This document shows positions 10,126 to 21,519 of a DNA stretch of 64,000 nt, in pieces. Positions within the stretch are counted from its first letter, which is position 1. Every line of letters starts with the position of its first letter. The notes beneath the pieces were generated by a model that did no database searches, was not told the origin of the DNA, and saw nothing but the letters and a program-made list of their open reading frames with translations. The translations under genes and the position numbers were made by a program. Source of the stretch: Trichormus sp. ATA11-4-KO1 (lineage in GTDB: Bacteria; Cyanobacteriota; Cyanobacteriia; Cyanobacteriales; Nostocaceae); the NCBI GenBank assembly GCA_019358915.1, contig JAHHIM010000001.1, positions 96,001 through 160,000 on the forward strand, given 5' to 3'.

Positions 10126-10659
10126 ATGCGTTGTCAATTTTTAGTGCTGCGTCGAGCCATTGTGATAGTTAGCACCTTTCTTCTACTCCTGGGCAATCCT
10201 GCATTGGCTGCTGAACGAGTAGTACTGAAATATGGTATCTTCCGTGAAACAATTTCAGTGGAGGAACTGGCAACTTTTGCCGCAACTGGCGAACTTTCAC
10301 GTTCGCTACGGGTAAATTTTGCTTTGGCGCGACAAGATCCCCAAGCGATTCGTCAATATTTAATCACACCAGTGCGGGTAGATTTGGTGATTTTAGATAA
10401 AGTATTAAATAGCCCAGTTGGTAACGTCATTCTCGATGAACTAAGTCAAGTTATTTATACGCCATCCCGTGCTGCCGATCGGCAGGCTTTACGCTCAGCG
10501 TTGATCCTGTCTGCTAGTAAAGACGGACAGGTGACGTTGCTAGAAATAATTCAAAATTATCCCACGCCGGATGTGGAAGTTGACGGAGATCGCTTGGAGA
10601 ATGCTTACCGTCAACTCCGCCGCTTGCAAACAGGTTTACAAGATTTACTCAAATTTTAA
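10126..10659 (+). CDS. DUF1400 alpha/beta-hydrolase-associated protein
   Basis: Signal peptide, AAERVVLKYG...ALRSALILSA..VTLLEIIQNYPT. Confidence 0.8.
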   Translation: MRCQFLVLRRAIVIVSTFLLLLGNPALAAERVVLKYGIFRETISVEELATFAATGELSRSLRVNFALARQDPQAIRQYLITPVRVDLVILDKVLNSPVGNVILDELSQVIYTPSRAADRQALRSALILSASKDGQVTLLEIIQNYPTPDVEVDGDRLENAYRQLRRLQTGLQDLLKF

Positions 10660-10853
10660 TAAGCTAAGGTTTCTAAAGTTTCTCGTAAATATCTCTGTAC
10701 CTGCTGTTCCAGGCGCAGCCCTTGTAATTGAGTATCATGTTCTAGTTGCCAGCGTTGGAAACCGGAACTAGTGGCGATCGCGCATTTAAGACTATACCAA
10801 ATTTCCGGATCAGCAGAAAATTGGCGATCGCTAGTAGATGGAATTTGAGCCAT
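10656..10853 (-). CDS. conserved small cyanobacterial protein
   Basis: W.SLK.AIA.SSGFQRW...YLRETLETLAY motif; SD GAGGAATGAGG. Confidence 0.75.
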   Translation of the reverse strand: MAQIPSTSDRQFSADPEIWYSLKCAIATSSGFQRWQLEHDTQLQGLRLEQQVQRYLRETLETLAY

Positions 10854-10935
10854 AGTTCCTCATTCCTCAGTTTTAACTTCAGTAAATACGACGCTGCCAT
10901 AGGACAGGACATAATTCACTTAATACCTATCAGGG

Positions 10936-11571
10936 TTACTTTAAGGGTTTTTGCGGGTCTGTGTTAATCTCTCTCAGGGATAGAAATAACTGGGGCACAA
11001 TTTGATTAACCCGCACACCTAAAATTGTAAAATCCTGCTTAATCTTTTCTAAAGATAATGGTTCTATAGCTGCAAATTCTGTGTCATTGGTCACTAAAAC
11101 TCGCGCCAAACTCACGGGAATTTGTAGAAATAGATTACTGGCAAAAAAGGCTAAAGCAGCTAGTAATAATCCCAGGCTTCGCCACTGGGGTAAAAACCTG
11201 GCTAAACTTTCTACCTGTGGAACCACTTGGTAAAGTTGCCACAACACCCCAACTAATAATATTGCTGCCACAAGGGCTAAAAAGCGATTTAATTTTGTCT
11301 TAATTAAACAAAGAATTTTACGCTGTTGCTCAGTGAGATTTTCCGGCTTGAGGGCTACGCCCAAAATAGCAAATATGTAAAAAGGGCGATGTAATTGCAT
11401 CCACAACAGTGGAATCACACCAATGCTAGCTACGAGGAACAACTCTACCCATACTGGTAAAAGTGGTTCGCCCACAGACAAAAACAATAAGCACAGTAAT
11501 AAAAAAAGTGGTAGCATCGCCAGTCCGGCGACGTGAATCCACAATATAGGTTCAGAGCGAAATAAGGGCAT
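10936..11571 (-). CDS. low-complexity tail membrane protein
   Basis: Start MPLFRSEPILWIHVAG; multiple TM segments; LFLQIPVS motif; upstream ORF extension is heptamer repeat. Confidence 0.75.
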   Translation of the reverse strand: MPLFRSEPILWIHVAGLAMLPLFLLLCLLFLSVGEPLLPVWVELFLVASIGVIPLLWMQLHRPFYIFAILGVALKPENLTEQQRKILCLIKTKLNRFLALVAAILLVGVLWQLYQVVPQVESLARFLPQWRSLGLLLAALAFFASNLFLQIPVSLARVLVTNDTEFAAIEPLSLEKIKQDFTILGVRVNQIVPQLFLSLREINTDPQKPLK

Positions 11572-11575
11572 ATAA

Positions 11576-11608
11576 AAGTGCTGAGTGCTAAGTGCTGAGT
11601 GCTGAGTT
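11576..11608. repeat. AGTGCTG heptamer tandem repeat
   Basis: About four copies visible. Confidence 0.8.
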
Positions 11609-11671
11609 TTGAGATTTGAGTTGTCAACTCTTTTCAACTCAAAACTCATCACTTTTGCTGATGACCCAGCA

Positions 11672-14600
11672 CTATTTCGTTAATGTGAGAGTGCGACGCT
11701 TGGTTACCATTTGGAAGGCTTCAATGATGTCACCTTCAACCCAGTCATGGAATTTATCGATATTGATACCGCATTCATAACCGGCGTTGACTTCTCGTGC
11801 ATCTTCTTTCATCCGTTTGAGGGAGTCAAGGACACCTTCGTAGACCACCTTACCAGCACGACGCACCCGCAGTTTGCAGTTGCGAACTAGTTTACCCGAT
11901 TGCACGTAACAACCAGCAACGGCTCCACGACCGACTGGGAAGACAGCACGGACTTCGGTTTGTCCCAAGGGTTCTTCCACCAACTCTGGTTCCAGAAGAC
12001 CTTCTAAGGCTCCTTGGATGTCTTCCAGAAGTTTGTAGATGATGTTATATTCCCGCACATCCACCCCAGCTTCATCGGCGGCTTGTCTGGCGCCACTGGC
12101 GTAGGTAGTATTGAAGCCAATAATTACAGCACCACTGGCTGCGGCTAGATCAATATCTGTTTCTGTGATTTCTCCAGCAGTAGCCAATAGCATCCGAATT
12201 TGGACTTCGTTTTGGGGAATTTGTCTGAGAGATCCCACGATCGCTTCCACAGAACCTTGGACGTCTCCCTTCAAGATCAAGTTGAGTTCTTTCAACTCGC
12301 CTTCTTGTGCTTGAGCTGAGAGGGTTGTGAGGGTGACACGTCCCTGCAACAGGCGGGATAGACGTTGTTTGTCGGCGCGATCGGCAGCCAGGGACCGAGC
12401 TTCTTTCTCATTAGCGAAGACTTCAAACTCATCACCTGCGGCTGGCACATCACTTAAACCCAGCACTTCGACGGCAAAGGAAGGACTAGCAATCTCTACT
12501 CTTCTGCCTCTGTCATCGACCATTGCCCGGACTTTACCAAATGCCGAGCCAGCTACCAACATATCTCCTACATGCAAGGTGCCATTCTGAATCAACAGGG
12601 TAGCAACTGCTCCTTTGGCTTTATCCAGATGTGCTTCAATTACGGTTCCTTTAGCAGATCGATCTGGGTTAGCAGATAGTTCTCCTACTTCTGCTACTAG
12701 CAGAATCATATCTAAGAGCGTATCTAGGTTTTCACCCTTGATAGCACTCACAGGAACCATGATTGTCTCACCACCCCATTCTTCTGGGGTGAGGCCATAT
12801 TGCGTGAGTTCTTGTTTAACCCGTTCTGGTTGTGCCCCTTCTTTATCAATTTTGTTGATGGCTACCACAATGGGCACTTCGGCGGCTTGAGCGTGGCTAA
12901 TAGCTTCCACAGTTTGGGGACGAACACCATCATCAGCGGCCACGACCAAAATGGCAATGTCAGTTACCCTAGCTCCCCGTGCCCGCATAGCTGTGAATGC
13001 TTCGTGTCCAGGGGTATCTAGGAAGACTATCTGCTGCGCTTTGCCCTCATGTTCTACATCCACATGGTATGCACCAATATGTTGGGTAATACCACCAGCT
13101 TCGCCAGAAGCTACTTTGGTTTTGCGAATTGAGTCGAGCAAGGTGGTTTTGCCGTGGTCTACGTGACCCATAATCGTCACTACTGGCGGACGGCGTTGGA
13201 GATTTTCCAAGTCTGCCACATCCAACATTTCTGTGACTTTGCGGGCTTCGGCTTCTGGTTCGGCGGTTTCGACTTCTATTTCTAGTTCTTTACCTACCAA
13301 AGTGATTGTCGGCACATCCAAATTTTGGGTGATACTCACCGCCATACCTTTGAGGAACAGGATTTTCACAATCTCTGTATCGGCAACAGCCAAGACATCA
13401 GCCAGTTCTTGTACTGTCATTGGGCCTGTGACCACTACTTTTTCCGGTCGCTCACGCTTTGTTTCGACTTCTTGACGACGGTTTTGGTCGCGGCGGGAAA
13501 AGGATCTCTTCGCGCGAGTGGTTGGGGCACTAGCAATTGCGGCACCTGGCGACTGTGTGGCACGAGCAGCTTTTGGTTTGGGAGGACGGGCAATGGAAAG
13601 ACTTACCTGGACAGTTGCTGGTGAATCGAGATCCTCATCATCCAGTAAATCGTCTTCTTCAAAATCATCATCCAGGATCGGTTTAACCCGCTTGCCTTTA
13701 ACACCTACCTTGCCAGTTTTTTCTTTGATTTCGTCAATAATTTCTTCTTCTTGCCACTTTTTACCACCTTTAGCTAAACGCGGTGGTGTTGGGCGTTTCA
13801 AATCAAGGAGTTCGGCTGCGACACCATCATTACCTACTTCCACTTTCCCTGCTGCGCCTGACATCTGTCTGGGCGGAGTAGCAATTGGCATTGCTGCTAC
13901 AACTTCAGATGAACGTACAGGCCTAGTAGGTCTTTGCCCATCTGGGAGTGGTGCTTGGCCGGGAGTTCTATTTCCTCTTGGCTCCGGTCTGCCTGGCGAT
14001 GTAGTCGGACGAGCCTGTTTTTGAACTGGCGCCTGTGGGGTATCTGTGGTTGTTGGCTTAGCGACTTTTGGTTTGGCTTGATCGCGTTTGAGTATTGGTT
14101 TGTCTGCCGGACTTAGCTGGTCAGTTACATGAGAGCTTTCCGCCGCAGGTCTAGCAGGTGGGGACACCAACTGCGGTTTTTGGGGTTTTTCCGGTTTTGG
14201 TCTAGGTGAAACTGTTTTTTCCGGTTTTGGCGTTGCTGTTGTTTCTGGTGCCTCTGTGTTAGACACATAATCTGCTTCTGTGATTGCAGGTTCTGGTGAG
14301 GTCTCAGAGTGATTCCGGGGTACAGGTCGAATTGGTGCCGTCGGCTTCATGGGTGAGACTGGTGTATCGAAGGGCCGTGGAGGTGAAGGAGGATTAACTT
14401 CAGACGACGAAACAAGTTGGGTGTCTGTAGCAACTGACGCCTCTGGGGCGTTGGAGGTAGGATTTCTCAATATTTTGGGTTTGCGAATTTCCAAAATTTG
14501 CTGTTTGTGAGGTGGAGCTGGTCGGTTGCGAGAGCCAGTTTGTGGTGAATTTGGTTTATGACTGGTTGTACCTTGTTCCCTTTTAGGCATCACATTCGTA

Positions 14601-14770
14601 GCTGCCAATTTTTCGGCAGCCGCCCGGATGCGTTCTGCCTCAGACTCTGAAATAGTGCTGCTATGGCTTTTTACCGCAATGTTGAGCTGGTCGCAAATTG
14701 CTAGTAGCTCTTTGTTATCCAAATTCAATTCCTTTGATAATTCGTAGATTCTAACTTTGCCGTTGTTCAT
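11672..14770 (-). CDS. infB: translation initiation factor IF-2
   Basis: [10 protein letters not shown]-terminus; [17 protein letters not shown] GTPase motifs. Confidence 0.99.
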   Translation of the reverse strand: MNNGKVRIYELSKELNLDNKELLAICDQLNIAVKSHSSTISESEAERIRAAAEKLAATNVMPKREQGTTSHKPNSPQTGSRNRPAPPHKQQILEIRKPKILRNPTSNAPEASVATDTQLVSSSEVNPPSPPRPFDTPVSPMKPTAPIRPVPRNHSETSPEPAITEADYVSNTEAPETTATPKPEKTVSPRPKPEKPQKPQLVSPPARPAAESSHVTDQLSPADKPILKRDQAKPKVAKPTTTDTPQAPVQKQARPTTSPGRPEPRGNRTPGQAPLPDGQRPTRPVRSSEVVAAMPIATPPRQMSGAAGKVEVGNDGVAAELLDLKRPTPPRLAKGGKKWQEEEIIDEIKEKTGKVGVKGKRVKPILDDDFEEDDLLDDEDLDSPATVQVSLSIARPPKPKAARATQSPGAAIASAPTTRAKRSFSRRDQNRRQEVETKRERPEKVVVTGPMTVQELADVLAVADTEIVKILFLKGMAVSITQNLDVPTITLVGKELEIEVETAEPEAEARKVTEMLDVADLENLQRRPPVVTIMGHVDHGKTTLLDSIRKTKVASGEAGGITQHIGAYHVDVEHEGKAQQIVFLDTPGHEAFTAMRARGARVTDIAILVVAADDGVRPQTVEAISHAQAAEVPIVVAINKIDKEGAQPERVKQELTQYGLTPEEWGGETIMVPVSAIKGENLDTLLDMILLVAEVGELSANPDRSAKGTVIEAHLDKAKGAVATLLIQNGTLHVGDMLVAGSAFGKVRAMVDDRGRRVEIASPSFAVEVLGLSDVPAAGDEFEVFANEKEARSLAADRADKQRLSRLLQGRVTLTTLSAQAQEGELKELNLILKGDVQGSVEAIVGSLRQIPQNEVQIRMLLATAGEITETDIDLAAASGAVIIGFNTTYASGARQAADEAGVDVREYNIIYKLLEDIQGALEGLLEPELVEEPLGQTEVRAVFPVGRGAVAGCYVQSGKLVRNCKLRVRRAGKVVYEGVLDSLKRMKEDAREVNAGYECGINIDKFHDWVEGDIIEAFQMVTKRRTLTLTK

Positions 14771-15211
14771 CCACTCTTCCCCTTTAATTTACAGTTTTTT
14801 AGCGGATGGTTGCCTGGTTTTCGACATCTCCATCCTTCGATTACTGTTTTTAGGTTGCCCTTGGTGATTTTGCCGGTGCCTCCAGTCAGGAAAGAGAGAT
14901 GTTTAGGTTTAGCGCTGGCATCGCCACCAGGAAGGATGGTTGAAGCCAAGCTGCGCCTGAGCGTTACCAGGTTGCCATTTTGTATTTTCTTGTTTTGCTG
15001 ATTCTGAGTCTTCCACAACACAATCGAGTAAAACTTACTGGGAGTTAAGTATCGCTTTGCCTATCTTCATTGTGGAAGAGGCTTAAACTAAACTACACCC
15101 ATTTACTATTTTGGCACTAACCCCATTAATTGCAGAGGGTGTGACTATAGCACGACTAGTTCGGCTTTTGGCACAACTACTCTGGGGATTACCGCCAGAA
15201 AGTCTTTCAAC

Positions 15212-15481
15212 TTAATTTTGATTTTGGGTATGGCTATGGGCTAGACGTTGCCACAATGTTTGATACAGTGTTTCTGGCACTGATGCATGTAGCGATCGCC
15301 CTAGTCGATTTTTTTTCTGAGCTGCTTGCAGGCAACTCATTTGTGGGCAAATATAGGCAGAACGCCCCATGCCCTGATCTAATTGTACCTTTCCCGATGG
15401 AAAGACGCGGACAATCCGCCAAAAGTCATCTTTCAAGCCTACTTTGCGGCAACTAATACAACGCCGATAATTCGGTTTCAT
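15212..15481 (-). CDS. ylxR: YlxR/DUF448 RNA-binding protein
   Basis: RRCISC..GRSAYIC motif; between nusA and infB. Confidence 0.92.
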   Translation of the reverse strand: MKPNYRRCISCRKVGLKDDFWRIVRVFPSGKVQLDQGMGRSAYICPQMSCLQAAQKKNRLGRSLHASVPETLYQTLWQRLAHSHTQNQN

Positions 15482-15637
15482 TGGTCTTTTGTGATCTCAG
15501 ATGAGCAATCTGGTGATGAAAATAAAGTTGGCTTTACCAATCTTTACTTAATCATAAATTGCTTCATACTTGGTAATCATGAAGACTAATAATGCTGTCA
15601 ATAGCACCAGCACCAGAAGTCCATAAGGCTAACTAAA

Positions 15638-16927
15638 TTAATCTCTATCGCTAGTGCCAAAAGATTTTACTTGTTCTTCTAGTTCCTCTTCTAGTTCTTC
15701 TTGATTTTCATACTCTAGCTCCTCTAGTTCAATATCATCTTCCTCTGGTTCATATTTGGCACGTGAGGCGGCGAATTTAGCATCTTCTGCTGCATAGTCA
15801 TACTTAGCTTTGTCTTTAATATCTATTTTCCAACCAGTTAAACGGGCTGCTAAACGAACATTTTGACCTTCTTTGCCAATAGCTAAACTCAATTGATCTT
15901 CGGCTACCAGTACGTGAGTTTGCCGGGTTTCGGGGTCCATGAGACGAACTTCATCCACCCGTGCAGGACTTAAGGCGTTAGCAATATACGTCGATGGGTC
16001 AGGAGACCAACGAATTACATCTATTTTTTCACCGCGTAATTCGTTGACTACTACTTGAATTCGCGATCCCCTAGCTCCAATACAAGCACCCACTGGGTCT
16101 ACATCGCGATCAAGGGTATCTACAGCAATTTTAGTCCGAGGCCCCACGTAACGGGAAGGAGGATTGGCTTCTCTGGCTACAGCAACAATCCGTACCACTT
16201 CATCCTCAATTTCTGGGACTTCGTTGGCAAACAGATAAACTACTAACCCAGCATCAGCTCTTGATACTAACAGTTGAGGACCTCGTTGTTGACCTTGGGA
16301 AACTTTTTTGAGGTATACCTTAAACGTGGCATTTGCCCGATAATTATCATTGGGCAATTGTTCCCGCTTAGGTAATTCAGCTTCTACTTCTGGCTGACCA
16401 AAACCACTGCTCACTGCCAGAATTACTGATTGTCTCTCAAACCGCAATACTCTGGCTTGTAGGACAGTTCCTTCCAAGTCTTGGAACTCTTCTTGTACCA
16501 TCTGGCGTTGTTGATCCCGGAGTTTCTGCGCCAAGACTTGCTTGGTTTGCATCGCTGCCATGCGACCAAATTCTCCTTGGTCTGGAGTTACATCCAGGAC
16601 TACAGAATCTCCTAATTGCGCTTCGGGGGCTACTTGTTGTACTTCATCTAAAGAAATTTGATGGTCGGAGTTACTGACTTCTTCAACGATGCTTTTAGTA
16701 GAAAGAACCCGAAACCCTTCTCCTTCAATATCGAGTTCTACTTCAAAATTATCAAAATATTCTTCATCAAATTGTTTTCGTTCTAAATTTTGGGCACGAC
16801 GATAACGTTCATAGCCTTTGAGTAGTGCTTCTCTAATAGCTGATTGAACTGCTAGACGAGGCAAATTGCGCTCGCGGCTGATACTTTCAATTAATTCTTT
16901 TAATCCTGGTAAACTAACCATTGACAT
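15638..16927 (-). CDS. nusA: transcription factor NusA
   Basis: FGRMAAMQTKQV, S1/KH domains, AIGKEGQNVRLA; start at MSMVSLPG. Confidence 0.98.
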   Translation of the reverse strand: MSMVSLPGLKELIESISRERNLPRLAVQSAIREALLKGYERYRRAQNLERKQFDEEYFDNFEVELDIEGEGFRVLSTKSIVEEVSNSDHQISLDEVQQVAPEAQLGDSVVLDVTPDQGEFGRMAAMQTKQVLAQKLRDQQRQMVQEEFQDLEGTVLQARVLRFERQSVILAVSSGFGQPEVEAELPKREQLPNDNYRANATFKVYLKKVSQGQQRGPQLLVSRADAGLVVYLFANEVPEIEDEVVRIVAVAREANPPSRYVGPRTKIAVDTLDRDVDPVGACIGARGSRIQVVVNELRGEKIDVIRWSPDPSTYIANALSPARVDEVRLMDPETRQTHVLVAEDQLSLAIGKEGQNVRLAARLTGWKIDIKDKAKYDYAAEDAKFAASRAKYEPEEDDIELEELEYENQEELEEELEEQVKSFGTSDRD

Positions 16928-17053
16928 AAGCAATCTCCTTTTCAATAGGGAGTAGGGAACGATAAACTAATCATTAGAGAATGGGGATTTAGAGAAAAGT
17001 TTGACTCTAGTTCCCAATTTCTAACATTTAGCCTCTAGCCTCTAATTCCTCGT

Positions 17054-17515
17054 TTATCGGCGCTCATCTAGCTGCACTCTAGTAATTAGGGTGCGGGGGA
17101 TTTCGACTACGCGACCTTTTTGGTTTAAGTAAACAGTTGTCTCATCCCGGCGAATTAACTGACCAGTCCACTCTTGCTGTCCATCGTAGGGTTGGGAAGT
17201 GGAGATGATTACAGGAAATCCTTTGAAGGAAATAAACTCCCTATCGGTTACTAGTTGTCGTGAAATCCCAGGACTGGATATTTCCAAGACATAAGCGTCG
17301 GGAATGATCTCCGCCATATCTAAGGAAGCTTCCAAAGCACGGCTCATCCGCTCACAATCATCCAAACCAGTATCCTGCTGGGGATTGCGGATGTCTACCC
17401 GCAATACTGGTGGACGCTGGTTAGTGTGAAAAACTATGCCAACGACTTCCAAGCCCAGTTCTGCTGCTACTGGTGTTGCCAAATCTATAATTTGTGGGAC
17501 TAAGGGATGAGTCAT
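17054..17515 (-). CDS. rimP: ribosome maturation factor RimP
   Basis: [18 protein letters not shown]; start at MTHPL. Confidence 0.96.
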   Translation of the reverse strand: MTHPLVPQIIDLATPVAAELGLEVVGIVFHTNQRPPVLRVDIRNPQQDTGLDDCERMSRALEASLDMAEIIPDAYVLEISSPGISRQLVTDREFISFKGFPVIISTSQPYDGQQEWTGQLIRRDETTVYLNQKGRVVEIPRTLITRVQLDERR

Positions 17516-17528
17516 GCGAGATTTCAAT

Positions 17529-17555
17529 AAAAAAAGTGGGTGTAGACCCACTTCC
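17529..17555 (-). promoter_or_regulatory. rimP leader hairpin (terminator-like)
   Basis: Minus strand GGAAGTGGG-TCTACA-CCCACTT-TTTTT just upstream of rimP. Confidence 0.7.
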
Positions 17556-17828
17556 TGCGATAGGGATATCTTCCAAGAAGTCTTGTGACGAGCCAATGGT
17601 GGTTCGTCTCTATTCCGAGTTTAGCGCATTTCTCTAATAGTCAATAGTCATTGGGAGTAGGGAGTGGGCATTGGGAAAAAGAGGCGGAGGGGTGGAGGAG
17701 CGGAGGAGAAAAAACTTATATATATTTAGATAACTCCAAAAATTAAATTACCACTATCCTGCATCCCAGAAGACTATCAAATTCTTCTCCCCCTGCTCCC
17801 CTGGTTCCCTTGTCCTCGTTATCTCCTT

Positions 17829-19337
17829 CTAACTATCTTTAATTTTTGAGAGAGTAGTATTTTTGTCTACTAATGGTTGAACTGATGATTGTGTTCTTAG
17901 CTGTCTGGTTTGTTCCATAATTTGGTCTATATCTTCTTGAGACAAACGCTGGACGTAGTTGATCTTGACTTCTTCTAAAAGGTCAAACATTAAGCTCTGA
18001 ATTTCAGAGATTACATGTTTTTTCTGCATTTCTGTTCCCAAGGCTGCGCTAAAGCGTTCTGCAAGTTCACTGGTAAGTTTTGCACCTACAGGATCTTCCA
18101 CAGCAGCAACTACAGCTTTGTAAAGGTTAGTTGTGATTTGCGTGGCTAGTTGTTCGCTGAGCTGGGTTTGAATTTCTCCCACTTTAGGAAGATTTTGGAG
18201 ATTGCGATAAATTGGAGTTTGATGCAGGACGGTTGTAATATTGTGGTGCAAAATAGCAATTATCTCTGGTTGGATTTGGGGTAAAACTTGGTAAACGATT
18301 GTTTGCACCAAAATACCTGCGATCGCTTCCATTTCATTGATATTATTAATATTTATGTAGGGGCGCAGATTTTCTTTTTGCGACAACCAGCGTGTGAGGT
18401 CGCCTCGTTGAATTGAACCTTGGAACTGGTTAATTACTCTCACCACAACAATTTCTGTAAATTCCTCAGCAAAATCGGCTAAAATTGCTTGATGTATCTG
18501 CTGCTGCAATGGCTGGAGATTCAATATTCGTGCTTGGTCAAGGCGAATTGATACAGGTATAATTCGCAACCATCGGCTAAATGGCAGCAGCAAAAATAGG
18601 TCGTACCACCGCCACAAGATGGCATTTACCCAAGTAAAACTAGGATGACTACGCCGTAGATAAAAAGAACGTGCTAGTAGTTCTAAACCAAACAAAGTGA
18701 CAAAAGGTAAGTCAATCAGCCAAAAATTGTCAACAAATTCGCCATTTTCGCCAATTGAGCGGTAATAATTAGTAGCAATCAAAGGACGGAGTTTTTGGTT
18801 AAAAAAATTAATTTCTTGCTTCCAACCCCTTTGAGATAAATATTCTTGACTCCAAAAAGTGTCAAAGGATTGTTTTGCAGATTCTTGTCCGATGCGATCG
18901 CGTATCCGATTTTTGACTTTTTCTAGAGTACCACTCTTATTGACTGCTGCGAATGGATTACCGTCAATCATCTCATTGCTGAGACTGCTGAGTTGTTCTA
19001 ATTTAGTTTTAGCCTGTGGTGAGGTTAAACCAGTCTGGCTGACTTGTTCTTCTAGTGCGTTGACTGTTGCCAAATAATTGTTTGTTTCTCTATGTGCTTC
19101 AATGCCCTTAATTGGATCATAAATCTGGGTAATTTGGGTGAGTCTTCGCAAATAAAAATCTCTCCACGGTACATAACTTAAATCAAACAATACTAAACAT
19201 AAATTTACTGTGGCAATAATCGCCATTAATCTTTCAAATACCAGGTTTTGCGGTTTTGGAGATTTTCGTTTAGCCATTTTTAGTTTTGTCTTATACATAA
19301 TTGAAAACGTACTTATTTTAGTTCCATATCCATTCAT
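17829..19337 (-). CDS. conserved cyanobacterial membrane protein; true start may be downstream
   Basis: Long ORF; LVLFDLSYVPWRD, YDPIKGIE, WRWYDLFLLLP motifs. Confidence 0.8.
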   Translation of the reverse strand: MNGYGTKISTFSIMYKTKLKMAKRKSPKPQNLVFERLMAIIATVNLCLVLFDLSYVPWRDFYLRRLTQITQIYDPIKGIEAHRETNNYLATVNALEEQVSQTGLTSPQAKTKLEQLSSLSNEMIDGNPFAAVNKSGTLEKVKNRIRDRIGQESAKQSFDTFWSQEYLSQRGWKQEINFFNQKLRPLIATNYYRSIGENGEFVDNFWLIDLPFVTLFGLELLARSFYLRRSHPSFTWVNAILWRWYDLFLLLPFSRWLRIIPVSIRLDQARILNLQPLQQQIHQAILADFAEEFTEIVVVRVINQFQGSIQRGDLTRWLSQKENLRPYININNINEMEAIAGILVQTIVYQVLPQIQPEIIAILHHNITTVLHQTPIYRNLQNLPKVGEIQTQLSEQLATQITTNLYKAVVAAVEDPVGAKLTSELAERFSAALGTEMQKKHVISEIQSLMFDLLEEVKINYVQRLSQEDIDQIMEQTRQLRTQSSVQPLVDKNTTLSKIKDS

Positions 19338-19554
19338 CTCCTAATGATTGCTAAATCAAAAATACTTCTATAGGAAGATGTCAAAAATCTTTATTTAGAT
19401 ATTTAGTTTAATTTAACTAATAAATTTATATTAAGTAAAAATTATTCATAATTAATAGTCAGCGTTTTAACAAATTGTAAAAATTTGCTGTTAATCTCTA
19501 TATACTGCTGAATACTGCTAAATACTGCTGATTTAATCCAAAGGAGTTTTATAT

Positions 19555-20391
19555 ATGTGGTGTGGGTTTGGAAAATCCAGCATGATAATTGCTGTTAGCT
19601 GCTTAGTAACCACTACTGTGGTGGTTGCGGATACGACTTTTGCCGCTCGTCAACGTAACTATACGCCACAAGAGTTACGTACTGTGTTACGGGGCTTGGG
19701 CTATAACGTTAAAGTGACAAATGCACCCCTAACGGATGAAGAAACAAAAAAAGCCATCACTGAATTTCAAAGGGGTTACAAATTATCTGTTGATGGCATA
19801 GCAGGGCCAAAAACGCAAGATTTTGCTGCTAACATCGTCAAAATTCTGCAAGCCAATTTAAACGCGGTACTTAAACCTGATCCTCTTTTACCCCGTGATC
19901 AATTTTACGGGACTCGAACAGAAGAAGCTGTGAAGGTGGCTCAGAAAAAGTTTCAGATGGAAGAAACCGGCATTGCTAATTTAGCATTCCGCCAGAAGCT
20001 AAATGAAGAGGCAAAAAAAGTTATAGGTCAGCCTAGTACTGAGCTGACACCAACGCCAACGTCAACACCAACGCCGACACCGACACCGACACCAACGCCG
20101 ACACCGACACCAACGCCAACGCCGACACCGACACCAACGCCAACGCCAACGCCGACACCGACACCGACACCAACGCCGACACCGACACCGACACCAACGC
20201 CAACGCCAACGCCAACGCCAACGCCAACGCCGACACCGACACCGACACCAACGCCAACGCCAACGCCAACGCCAACGCCGACACCGACACCGACACCAAC
20301 GCCAACGCCAACGCCAACGCCAACGCCGACACCGACACCGACACCAACGCCAACGCCAACGCCAACGCCGACGCCAACGCCAACACCATAA
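19555..20391 (+). CDS. secreted peptidoglycan-binding protein with long Thr-Pro tail
   Basis: [25 protein letters not shown]-binding repeats; SD AAGGAG. Confidence 0.9.
   Translation: MWCGFGKSSMIIAVSCLVTTTVVVADTTFAARQRNYTPQELRTVLRGLGYNVKVTNAPLTDEETKKAITEFQRGYKLSVDGIAGPKTQDFAANIVKILQANLNAVLKPDPLLPRDQFYGTRTEEAVKVAQKKFQMEETGIANLAFRQKLNEEAKKVIGQPSTELTPTPTSTPTPTPTPTPTPTPTPTPTPTPTPTPTPTPTPTPTPTPTPTPTPTPTPTPTPTPTPTPTPTPTPTPTPTPTPTPTPTPTPTPTPTPTPTPTPTPTPTPTPTPTPTPTP
20047..20388 (+). repeat. coding hexamer microsatellite (ACRCCR), about 57 TP units
   Basis: Direct reading of sequence and translation. Confidence 0.95.
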
Positions 20392-20549
20392 GCTTCAATA
20401 AAACAGTCTTACAGAGGAGATTACATAAAGCCCCCAGTACATCACGCATTAGCAGAGCTTTCACTTTAGTGATACGCTCATCACGTAGTGTACTGCGGGC
20501 TTAATTACGTTCGCGTAGCGTTTCCGCAGGAAATATTACGAATTACGAA

Positions 20550-21443
20550 TTACGAATTTTGATTTGGTTCTTCCAGAGGTCTGCCTTTAGGCGACGGTAA
20601 AATTGGGCGACGGTCATTGTAGGGCATGGGAATGTATTGGACAGTGGGTCGTCCCCCTTGGGGTTGTGGATACAAATCCATGAGTTTGTAAATAGAAAGG
20701 GGTAGTCCAACGGTTATGGGCAAACCTATTTCTGATGCTTCCTCAACAGTGACGGGATAGTCGTGGGTCACACGTCCTGTTGTCAAAGCTTCGATAATCG
20801 GTTCGATATTTTCCGGTAAAACTTTTTGTTTGGGTATACTGTCTTTCAGCAGAGTTCTAACAAAGCGCTGTACTTGCTGAATGGCTTTCCCTGCAAGATC
20901 TGCCATGATTAGGGTTTGGTCGTCAATATCACCGATGGGTTTATCTGCGACCACTTTTAAGATACTGGCTGCTGGATAATTACCTAATTGAGGATCAACT
21001 GGCCCCAAAACTGCGTTGGCATCCATGATAATTTCATCTGAGGCGAGGGCCAGCATTGTACCGCCACTCATGGCGTAGTGAGGTACAAAAACGGTGACTT
21101 TGGAAGGGTGACGAATTAATGCCCTAGCGATTTGTTCGGTGGCTAATACCAAACCTCCGGGGGTGTGCAAAATTAAGTCAATGGGGACTTCTGGCGGGGT
21201 GAGGCGAATTGCCCGCAATATCTGTTCTGAATCTTCAATAGTAATGTAGCGCGAGAGGGGAATTCCCAGTAAGCTGATGGACTCTTGACGGTGAATTAAC
21301 AAAATTACCCGACTTTTGCGTTCTTGTTGGAATTCTTGGAGGGTACGTAAGCGCCGATATTCCATTTGGCGCTTTTGCCAGAGGGGTTGTAAGGAAGTGA
21401 AGATCAGGAAAATCCAAAATAAATCACCAATGCCAAAGCCCAT
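20550..21443 (-). CDS. SDH-family ClpP-fold serine protease
   Basis: LHTPGG, YAMSGGTMLALA, GPVDPQ, THDYP motifs. Confidence 0.9.
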   Translation of the reverse strand: MGFGIGDLFWIFLIFTSLQPLWQKRQMEYRRLRTLQEFQQERKSRVILLIHRQESISLLGIPLSRYITIEDSEQILRAIRLTPPEVPIDLILHTPGGLVLATEQIARALIRHPSKVTVFVPHYAMSGGTMLALASDEIIMDANAVLGPVDPQLGNYPAASILKVVADKPIGDIDDQTLIMADLAGKAIQQVQRFVRTLLKDSIPKQKVLPENIEPIIEALTTGRVTHDYPVTVEEASEIGLPITVGLPLSIYKLMDLYPQPQGGRPTVQYIPMPYNDRRPILPSPKGRPLEEPNQNS

Positions 21444-21519
21444 AAAAAAATTGTGTAAAAATAAATTTTGCTGTCATTATTGTGACAGTTTTTGAGCGAT
21501 CGCATGTCTATCTAGAGGT

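Noticed and set aside
12111..14116. Plus-strand ORFs inside infB (similarly inside uvrA, ycf46, sqdB, bamA)
   Set aside because: Antisense or alternate-frame shadows of conserved genes
20033..20464. 143-aa minus-strand ORF (ALALVSVS...)
   Set aside because: Antisense shadow of the TP microsatellite
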